DNA of 64,000 bases, taken from the NCBI RefSeq assembly GCF_006345805.1, contig NC_043018.1, forward strand, positions 1 through 64,000, read 5' to 3'. The position numbers were made by a program, and so were the translations under genes. Position 1 is the stretch's first letter. Each line of letters opens with the position of its first letter. Positions 53,599 through 64,000 of the stretch are shown in pieces. The notes under the pieces were generated by a model. The model was given only the letters and a program-made list of their open reading frames with translations, searched no databases and was not told the origin of the DNA. This stretch comes from Octopus sinensis. Lineage: Eukaryota.

Positions 53599-54139
53599 TG
53601 TATACATATGCGTGTGTTAATGTCAGCAGAAAAGAGAGAAAAAAACAGAGTAGCCGTAATATGTTTTTAGAAAAATTAAAAGATAAAATTAAGAATTATT
53701 TGTACAGATTTCTTTTTCAAAAGACACTGAGTAGTGTCTAGTGACTCTTTGCAGCCAAATAACGATGAGGTATTCATAATTAATAATTCACATTTCATAA
53801 TTCGTATTTATAATTCTAATCAAAGGGCTTACAATCATCCTTATTCTCCTGACTTCTGCGTAACTAATAATGCACCAGCTGTAACCTATGATAAGATGTA
53901 GAACTGTAGATTACACATCAACCGCCCTTGAGGTGCAAATTTTCTATGCTATGGTCTTGTCTACCTTTACTATCAAACGGGTATAATCCGTTAAACTTCA
54001 CAGGGGTAGAAAGATAGATTGCCTTACACATATGAACTCATACACAAATATTGCCAGAAAACAATTTATTTTCTAGCAATAATAAATCTCTGAACGAGAT
54101 GTAAACAGTAACTGCACGACAATGTAAAGTATACTAGCC

Positions 54140-54480
54140 ATCTTAATATGGCTAACCACTAAGGGTGGGTGTTACTGTAGCTTGTAGCCCCAGGAGATCC
54201 TCGTCTCCAGCTGGCTTTAGGCACACTTTCTGTGCCCTCTCTCCTTGCGTATCACTTAGGTTGATATTTATTTTCTATTCTATTCGGAGTGGAGCCCCGA
54301 AGGCGGTAGGGTGTCGAATCTCGACCCCTTTCCGGCAACTCCTGCAGCCAACCAGACTCCAAACGTACTGCACTGCATTCCCTTGGATTATGTCTGGGGG
54401 GGCCGAGAGGGAGATTCTGGTGTCTGGGCAGCCCAGTGTCTTCGTTTCTACCGCCCAGGCTTGCGCCATGGAGAAACTAC
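54140..54480. repeat. GC-rich interspersed repeat of uncertain class
   Basis: GC-rich island sharing a structured motif with 44095-44190. Confidence 0.35.
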
Positions 54481-54916
54481 TCCATCGATGGAATTCTCAC
54501 ACTACCACCAAATAGCTAAAGGCATTTCCTATAACATTTCCTTGTCCATAATTGCTTCGAAAACGTAATATTTCATATTCTTTTCTTTTCTTCCTGTCAG
54601 CATCTGTGCTATTGCTACGTTTTGTTCTGTTTCATCCCCATCAAAAGTGTCCAGTGATTTCATTCTCTCGATCACAATTGGTAAAACTTAAATATATTTC
54701 TGTCTTTTTTTCGTGCCCTGTCAGATGTCTCACTTTCAATTGCTTATGAATAGTTACAAGATATCGGAGATCTGTATTGGGAGTTTCTATCGTAGAGAGA
54801 CAATAGTATCTAAAATTTACGAATTAAAAGTTTTAAGTACTTTATCTAATATTCTTCTTAGTTTTGCAACTGAGACTTATCGCTCTGTCTCCTTTTCAAA
54901 CACACAAACATATAGT

Positions 54917-54971
<55 letters not shown>

Positions 54972-54989
54972 GGAAAGAAAGAAAGAACA

Positions 54990-55026
<37 letters not shown>

Positions 55027-55092
55027 TAGAAGGATAGATAAAGAAATAGTTAGAGATATTGGTATATATATATGTATATATATATATATATA

Positions 55093-55140
<48 letters not shown>

Positions 55141-55145
55141 ATATG

Positions 55146-55343
55146 TAGGTCCCGGGTTGAGTCGGGGTTAACCACAGTAAATAAGGTACTCAATACATAG
55201 CAGAGTAAATTAATTTATTTTATAGAAGGAGCTTCTACAGGACTAGAACTGTTTCATTCAAAAGAAATCATCAGGAGCTTCCTGATGATTTCTTTTGAAT
55301 GAAACAGTTCTAGTCCTGTAGAAGCTCCTTCTATAAAATAAAT
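55146..55343. mobile_element. Palindromic Penelope-like remnant in (TA)n
   Basis: Essentially perfect inverted repeat at 55213-55343. Confidence 0.75.
55274..55328 (+). ncRNA. Type-I hammerhead ribozyme motif, canonical core
   Basis: GGAGCTTC-CTGATGA-tTTCttttGAAt-GAAA-CAGttctagtcCTG-TA-GAAGCTCC. 8-bp stem I, GUA triplet. Confidence 0.78.
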
Positions 55344-55582
55344 ATATATAATATATATAATATATATATATATATATATAGACAGAGAGACAGACAAACA
55401 GATAGAAAGCGATAGATATATACAGAGATGCAGATATAGGTAGGTAAATAGATAGATAGATAGATAGATAGAGAGAAAGATATACATACATGCATATGTT
55501 CATACACACAGGCAGACATAGATATACATATGTATATATATATGCGTATATATGTATACATACATACATATACATATATATA

Positions 55583-55700
<118 letters not shown>

Positions 55701-56219
55701 GTATGTATATGCATTCAAACGTATACATAAATAAATACGTAGCCACTTTCCTACATACATGACTGTGCCTTAATGATTTCCTTACAACAATCACGGCTGC
55801 TGCTGCTGACTTCCTTTCCTTTCGCTAATCAGACGTTAATCAGGCAACTAGACTGAAACTAATGAGAGATCTCTGTCTCGCTATGCTTGCTTGTGACGAC
55901 GATATCCGGAATTGACGGCCTTTTACACATGGCCTCCTCTATGTTTCTGTCCAAGTCTTCTTCACGCTAAAGCCATTGATTGTCGTCATTCTAATAATTG
56001 TTAACGTTAACAATAAAAATGTATCAGAATAATAGATTATCAAATTTAACTGCGGGTTGGGGTGTGGGGTGTGGGGGGAGAGTCAGAGGTCGTTTTCAAA
56101 TAACTTCAACCGATGTTTGGTTACGTAGAGATCAAAATCAAATGATTTAATTTCATTTCACCTCTTAACTCTCTACGTCTGCACATACACAAACACACTC
56201 GGAGACAATCACAGTCACG

Positions 56220-56271
<52 letters not shown>

Positions 56272-58104
56272 ACACACACAAAGAGCACAGACACACACAT
56301 ACACACACACACTCTCAGAAACAGTCGCTTACACATAGCTTCTAGATACTTATAAACACTTTATTTTGGCGAACTCTGCAATATTTCTGTCAGTGTGCAT
56401 TTCAAATGATTTATTGGTATTTAATAAACCATATCAGTTTTAGATTGTGTCGGGAGGATATTGAAGTAGATATAAAATATTTTTTAAAGGAAAATATTTT
56501 TAACTGCTATTGTTGTTGTTGTGCTTGGTTTTTTCCTTTTAGTTTAGAAGTCATAATTATTGCTAATCGGAGTGCACCAGACAGACACGTAGCAAGACTG
56601 GGGTAAACAGTTGAAAGATATGCCCCCCCTGGATCGGTACAGAAGAGACTAACACATAACCTCAATACGTCAAGATTTGCTGTCTTTGTATAGTGAGATG
56701 TTATATTTAGACGTTGATATAGACTTTATATAACAGCATTGTTGTTTGCTTCAAGAAATACAAAGTAAGTTATATAATACTTCAGAAAGAATTTTGTGGA
56801 ATATTTGTGAGTAGTTAAGCAAAATAGATAATGAGATTTTTCTAAATGAAAACAAAGAGAAAATATATTGTGTTACTATAGTTCTGAAGCCTGTAGCTTA
56901 GTGACAGTGGTGTTGCACCTACGATCACAAGAACGTGGTTTCGAATCCCAGACTAGCAGTGAGTTATGTTCTTGAGCAAATCACTTCATTTTTTTATTGC
57001 TCTAGTCCACCCCTCAGTAGGTAAGACTGGGATGGACTGGCTTTCCGTGCCATGCAGTGGGGCTGGACCTGGAACCATGTGTTTGAGAAGCAATCTTCTG
57101 ACCACGCAGCTACGCGAATTAGTATACTTTTTCTTTAAGTTGGTGAGTTGGCAGAAATCGTAGCACTCAGAGCGAAATGCCTAGTGGCATTTTGTCTGTT
57201 TTTACGTTCTGATTTCAAATTCCGTTGAGGTCCACTTTGCCTTTCCCCCTTTCGGAGTTGATAAAATAAGTACTAGTTGAGCACAAGGGTCGTTGTAACC
57301 GACTTACCACTTCCCTCAAAATTGCTGGCTTTGTACCAACAATTAAAACCAATATATTTTCTCTTCAAAATGTGTGGACTATTGTGTTTATGCTTGAAAA
57401 TGTTAATATAACTACACCATTGGATGGTAGAATTCATGGACGAACTACCAAAATATTATTTGGGTACATAGTGAAAGTAGCAGAATGCTGAACACATCAT
57501 GTAGATACATCTTCCATATTCAACTGACATTTAACGAAGTTTTTCCTAGATATTTTGTGGGAGGAGATAAGTCGATTACATCGACCCCAGTACTCAACTG
57601 GTACTTATTTTATCGACACTGAAGTAATAAAAGGCAAAAGAGACCTCGGCAGAATTTGAACTCAGAACGTAAAGAGAGGACGCAATAACACGCTATGTAT
57701 TTTGCCTGGCGTGCTAACGCTTCTGCCAGCACACCGTTTTAGCTTACCACCACTAATAAATTGAAGAGTTCTGATTCTTTCTTTATATTGTTTCATTTTC
57801 TGTTGTTTGTGTTGGGAGTTGCATTCATTTCACGCCTGACCAGCTGTAATTTCATAAATAACAGAGATCTCTCTCCCTCTTTAATTACAAGGGAGTAAAT
57901 ATTTAGAATTATTTGAGCATTCTTCCTTATGGTCATTCTTCCTTATCTTCCTTCGGCGGTTGAATGATCATTTTCCGAAGATTTGGCTGCTGTTACTAAT
58001 CGTTGGACCACCCATGTAAGCAAAATAAAGTGATGTTGATTCGGGTTTTCTTTCGCTTATATTTTACAATTTATTATTATTATTATTTATTATTATTATT
58101 ATTA

Positions 58105-58140
<36 letters not shown>

Positions 58141-58217
58141 TATTATTATTATTATTACTATCATTATTATTATTACTATCATTATTATTATTATCATTAT
58201 TATCATTATTATTATTA

Positions 58218-58294
<77 letters not shown>

Positions 58295-58331
58295 TTCATT
58301 ATTATTATTATCATTATTATTATTATTATTA

Positions 58332-58440
58332 TTTCTTTTTTTTCTTCTTCTTTCAAATTTGCTTCCATTTCTTGCCGAGTGTCTTCCCGACTCCTAGGGC
58401 AAAGAAACTCATAGTATACATTGGTAGGCCATTAAACTAA
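58332..58440 (-). mobile_element. Probable R4/Dong-type 3' tail abutting a long (TAA)n
   Basis: Minus strand CCCTAGGAGTCGGGAAGACACTCGGC...AAAGAAA(TAA)n, similar in layout to 1320-1385. Confidence 0.4.
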
Positions 58441-58607
58441 ACTCAATAATTCGTTCATTTTTTTTTAAGTTAAATTAAAATACATGGGTAGTAATAGTTC
58501 TCACATCGGCAATGCTCTTCTCAATACGTGTGATGTACCAGTTAAGACATTATTATCTATTATTATTATCATTATTATTATCATTATTATCATTATTTTA
58601 TTATTAC

Positions 58608-58663
<56 letters not shown>

Positions 58664-59136
58664 TATTAATATTTAGTTGAATCCAGGCCGATGAGAAGAA
58701 TAAGAGAAGTCATATATACTTGATTCTTGTCAAGAAAAGGAATCCATGAATATGTTCATCCCACGCATCTACTTATGACATTCTTTCGGTTTTGTGTTTT
58801 AATATCTCATTTCTGTTTTTCAAGTTTTATTGCAGTAAAATTAACCTTCATTCACCGAATATTTCTAGCTCTAGTAAAACGCAAGCACTCTTTTGCTATT
58901 GTCATACTTCTTCGTTAATGAATGATACAAGCATTACATTTTCTTTTTGCTTGCTAAGAGCAACAACAACAACAACAACGATAAGCAACGGCGTTGTTGT
59001 TGTTGTTGTTGTTGTTATCATCGTCATCGTCATGGCAATAGTTTTTATTTTATTATAGCGTTCTCCTTCTTTACAACTGAATTTGATTTTAATTGAAGCA
59101 GAAGAATCTGTATAAATTACAGGCAAATAGCAGCCA

Positions 59137-60561
59137 TACAAAAATGAAAAAAAAAAAAAAAGAGAGAAAAGAGAAAAGAATGTGAACGAGAACAAAATGG
59201 TTGACATAGTATTTCGATTCCAATGCTACATTACACCTTAGGAGTTTTTAAAAAATCGTAAAACTTAAATAATTTAAGATGTGTAAAGTTAAAGAAGCTC
59301 ATCATTTTACCGTGAATAATTCTTTTCGTCGCCGAAGGCTACGCACTCCTGATATTAATTTCTATGAACTAATACAGCCCCGCCCCCAAAGAAAATCTTC
59401 TGTCATGTACTTAAGTACTCCAACTTGTACTTTGCTTTATTTTCAACATTTATCCAAATTTTCGGAATTTTGTTCAAGACTATATATTTATTCATGTATT
59501 TCTTTCTTGGTCTGAGTATTTTATATTTTATATTGTTCTTTTTCTTTATGGGGTGGTGGGGTCTTCAGCCTCCTCTTCAATTTACAGGTAATCCCAAAGC
59601 TTCAAGGGAAAATTTCCAAAGTTAAAAACAAAAAAAAAGTTATAAAAATAAAATGAACCGTGAACGATATTTAAAACTTTTTGGAAAGATTAGTGTCAAA
59701 TTCGAAAGAATTCCATCGAATATTGTACGACATCCCCTTATCGGTAATTAGTATAAAACCCAAGGGGTTAGACGTTTATTCACGCACATATTTAGTCAAT
59801 CATGTGATCGAGCAGTAAATGTAATAAAATAAATGGTGGGACTTTACAAAATGAAAAAAAAAAAAAGAGAGAAAAGAGAAGAATGTGACGAGAACAAAAT
59901 GGTTGACATAGTATTTCGATTCCAATGCTACATTACACCTTAGGAGTTTTTAAAAAATCGTAAAACTTAAATAATTTAAGATGTGTAGAAGTTAAAGAGA
60001 GCTCATCATTTTAACGTGAATAATTCTTTTCGTCGCCGAAGGCTACGCACTCCTGATATTAATTTCTATGAACTAATACAGCCCCGCCCCCAAAGAAAAA
60101 TCTTCTGTCATGTACTTAAGTACTCCAACTTGTACTTTGCTTATTTTCAAAACCTTATCCAAATTTTCGGAATTTTGTTCAAGACTATATATTTATTCAT
60201 GTATTTCTTTCTTGGTCTGAGTATTTTATATTTTATATTGTTCTTTTTCTTTATGGGGTGGTGGGGTCTTCAGCCTCCTCTTCAATTTACAGGTAATCCC
60301 AAAGCTTCAAGGGAAAATTTCCAAAGTTAAAAACAAAAAAATTTATAAAATAAAATGAACCGTGAACGATATTAAAACTTTTTGGAAAGATTAGTGTCAA
60401 ATTCGAAAGAATTCCATCGAATATTGTACGACATCCCCTTATCGTATAATTTAGTATAAAACCCAAGGGGTTAGACGTTTATTCACGCACATATTTAGTC
60501 AATCATGTGATCGAGCAGTAAATGTAATAAAATAAAATGGTGACTTTACAAAATGAAAAAA
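59137..60561. repeat. Tandem duplication, ~705-bp unit x2
   Basis: Units start at TACAAAA(A)TGAAAAAAA at ~59137 and ~59845. The same motif recurs at ~60547. Confidence 0.93.
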
Positions 60562-60670
60562 ACATTAACGGTAACATTAACGTGTCTATGCATCTCTTGT
60601 CATTTATGTGTCATGTATAATTATATTACATTCCTGGGTGTATGTATGCTTCAATGAATAACGATACATG

Positions 60671-60709
<39 letters not shown>

Positions 60710-61188
60710 ATATTTCCTATTTCTAATTATCTTTAACAGTCTGTATGTGTAAGTATTCATGTATTTAAGTTTGCATTCATATCTACGAGTATGCTTCTAT
60801 GTATGCGTGCAATTATATGTGAATGTAAAATGCATGGATATTTGTTGATGCGTCGCTAGTTACCTGTATGTGGATATATATATTATTTATATATGTAATA
60901 TATAATTCATAGTACCACCCGAGCACTAGGTACCCACTGGTTTAAATTAATATTATGTAATAATATTAATTTGTACCCTCATTGTTTAATCTTTAAGTAG
61001 CCATGTCCTCTAGTCGGTAGATTCGCTGTGGAACTTTATTAGCTGCAGAATTCTTCCCGTTTTGGAGCGCCACCATGAAGACATTTGGTTGGATATTTTC
61101 GATACATAATTGGCGGAACTTTATATGCATGTTCTCTGTCGTGCAGTCGATTTGTTTCTAGTTCCGTTGACTAATTATCTCTCAGCGA

Positions 61189-61246
61189 CTTCACTGACGA
61201 GCTACAGATGATTACGTTGGCAATCATTAATAGCGAAATTTTAAGG
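61189..61246 (+). ncRNA. Putative minimal hammerhead motif
   Basis: cttca-CTGACGA-GCTA..ATGATT/AATCAT..TAGC-GAAA-TTT-taagg. The 3' half is deleted in the paralogous block at ~37930. Confidence 0.5.
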
Positions 61247-61440
61247 TATGAAGTTAATTGTTTTATTTTGTCTTCTTCCATTTGTTTTCCTAGTATACAT
61301 TCTGGCGTTTGCTAAAGTTTTTGAGAAGATATTTGAAGGGATTTTCATTACCCAACAATACAGTGTTTCTTTGGATGCAACCATCCATTCACGAGGATAA
61401 CATATCCTCTAATTAAATTATATATATATGCGAATATATA

Positions 61441-61480
<40 letters not shown>

Positions 61481-61572
61481 CTATGTATGCGTATGTAATA
61501 TGTAATATATTTACATTTATATAATATATATAATATATATATTATATGTTTATATATAATATATATGGTTAT

Positions 61573-61607
<35 letters not shown>

Positions 61608-61714
61608 CTATATATATATATTTTGTTCAGACATCTCATTGCTGCCATGCGGGGACAACATCTTAAGTCGAATAAATCGCCCCCGCACTTATTCTTTGTG
61701 TATTTATATCCATG

Positions 61715-61747
<33 letters not shown>

Positions 61748-61763
61748 ATATAATATATAATTA

Positions 61764-61920
61764 TTAAATTAGAGATAAAACCACTATTAGGCAAATCAAA
61801 CAATGAAAAACATAAGCCAATACATAAACTTAATTAATTTATATTATTTTAAATATATATCAAAAGTATTAGTTTTTCATTGTTTGATTTGCCTAATAGT
61901 AGTTTTATCTCTAATTTAAT
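61764..61920. repeat. ~49-bp inverted repeat in (TA)n
   Basis: ATTAAATTAGAGATAAAAC...TGAAAAAC / GTTTTTCA...TCTAATTTAAT. Confidence 0.8.
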
Positions 61921-62255
61921 ATGATATAATATAATATATTTTACTATAAAATTGGATTTAATCCTAAATCTGATTTTTCCCTGTAACTTTGGATTTATTC
62001 CCTAATATTTTAATATATATTTATATATATATATATCTGTGTGTGTATATGTGTCTGTGTGTATAAAGTCTGGATGCGCGCACCGTTGATGTAAGTCTGA
62101 AGAAGAATATCTCTTCTGTCTAAATTCGAGAATATTAAGCAACTCTTCATTTTGACATTTTACGTAAACTGGCGTTGCAAGCAGAGTTGGTTCAGAAATA
62201 TTTGTAACAGATCATAAAAGATGTGGCAAAACATTTCTTTGTATTATTATTTGGA

Positions 62256-62394
<139 letters not shown>

Positions 62395-62507
62395 ATATCT
62401 ATAATATTATATATCTATATCTATCTATCTATCTATCTATGTATTCTATATATATATATATATATATTATATATTATATATCTATCTATCTATCTATGTA
62501 TATGTAT

Positions 62508-62549
<42 letters not shown>

Positions 62550-63099
62550 CTGTGCCTGTATGTATTGTTACTGGATTAGCGAAACAATTATGAGAACGAA
62601 ACCAAGGGATAAGCCCCGCTTTTCCGGGAGTTATCGGGTACGTCAGCTAATAATCATATATGTAGATAGGTATATGTAGATGCGTATATATAGATATAAA
62701 CATATATGTAAATATGATTTCACCTTTTGGTATTAAGGTTATCGATTTCAAGTCGGTGAAGGGTAGCGGTGAAGTTGATTTGATTACACCGATCCCTGTC
62801 TTCAACTGGTATTTATTTTATCCTTAAAGGATAGAGATAATGTCGAACTCTTCGGCGTTTGAAACTAGAACGTGAGGTGCTGGTAGACGTGTAATCTCGT
62901 TAATGATTCTTTAAGCTTGCGGTCTTAAGTCGTATTTGGTTCCAAATATCAGTTTAATTAGTGAACATGACATGCAAATAATAGTACAAGCGCCCTCTGA
63001 ATGACCTTTCAAACATGATGTGAAATATTCTAAAGACGTTATGTGTTGAAGTTATCATCACACCCACTCCTATTATTTGATTATACTCTTTTATATCTT

Positions 63100-64000
63100 T
63101 CCGTTTCCCATCTCATTTTCGATTAATTTCAGTTTAATATTCTTTAAACCTTCAAGCCTAATTTTTTTCTTCTGCTAATTATTCCTCTTCATAGTTATGA
63201 TTGAACTCCTTTTACTGTATGTACATGCCCTTTGCGCACCATTTTTATAAACTTAAACATCACTTCCTCTCATTTACTTCTACCCTGTCCATTTTCAAGT
63301 CATCAAAATTTCCATTTGCTTCATCTCTTATCTCATTTCATCATTTTTGGCCCCAAGAAAGCCTTTTATTCCTTACTTCAACTAATAACTTATTTTGTTA
63401 TTTTCATTCACTTTACTTCATTATCTTCTTTCACATCTTTATCATTCTTTCGCATCTTTATCATTCTTTCGCATCTTATCTCAAATCACTCCATTATGTT
63501 CTTTCAACTCATTTCCTTATCGTCCTCCCTTCACCTCATTCATTCTCTCACCATTTTCCTTCTATTAACGTCTTTCAAATCGTTCTCTCATCTTCCTTCA
63601 CCTCATTCTCTTGTCTTCCTTTATCCTATTCTCTCATCAGTTTCTCGTCTTCTTTCGCCTCCTTCAATTATCCTCTTTCACCCCTTTCTTTTATCTTTAC
63701 AAATCATTCTCTCGTATTCTTTCAACTCATTCTTTCGTCATTTTTCATCTCATTCACTCATTTTCTTTCACCTCCTTTTATCTTCTTTCGCCGCATTCGA
63801 TTATCTTCTTTCAACTCACTATTATTTCGTAGTCATTCACCTCAATTTCTTTCACCTACCTCCTTCTTTTATCTTCTTTCACATTTTTATTTCGTATTCA
63901 TTCAATTCTATTATTTTCCTTCACCTCATTCTCTCATCTTCTTTCACCTGATTCGATTACTTTGCTTCAACTCAATTTCCTTTCCTCTTTGATCCCACTC
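63100..64000. repeat. Pyrimidine-rich low-complexity region
   Basis: C/T-rich with recurring TCATT/TCTTT words. Confidence 0.7.

Noticed and set aside
54275-54469. AVETKTLG…IIQGNA as a CRE-like endonuclease end
   Set aside because: Motif spacing is too short and the similarity too weak to call.
63201-63992. 263- and 239-aa F/S/L/I-rich ORFs as membrane proteins
   Set aside because: Open only because the strand is C/T-rich; no domain motifs.

Overview
AT-rich, microsatellite-saturated animal genomic DNA with no convincing host protein-coding gene. Almost all ORF-track entries are translations of simple repeats or SINEs. The tRNA-derived SINE families and TTAGGG repeats suggest an octopod cephalopod (Octopus sp.; inference). 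The main landmark is a ~4.7 kb internal telomeric array in head-to-head orientation: (TTAGGG)n at 46325-49936, then (CCCTAA)n at 49937-51053. This is the signature of an end-to-end chromosome fusion, or of an assembly join of two telomeric ends. Its left edge cuts straight into ORF1 of an internally deleted Tx1/L1-like retrotransposon whose 3' tail carries a hammerhead-ribozyme motif. Several duplicated blocks are shared between the two sides of the array. A second layer is about 12 minimal type-I hammerhead motifs from about 8 unrelated short, often palindromic, Penelope-like repeats, mostly in (TA)n tracts. Several have non-canonical cores (G3-C8 swap, U4C, A6U). The rest is decayed Dong/R4, HERO, RTE and Penelope retroelements, Tc1, maT/mariner, hAT and Helitron DNA elements, MITEs, SINEs and minisatellites. 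All calls were made by eye; no searches were run.
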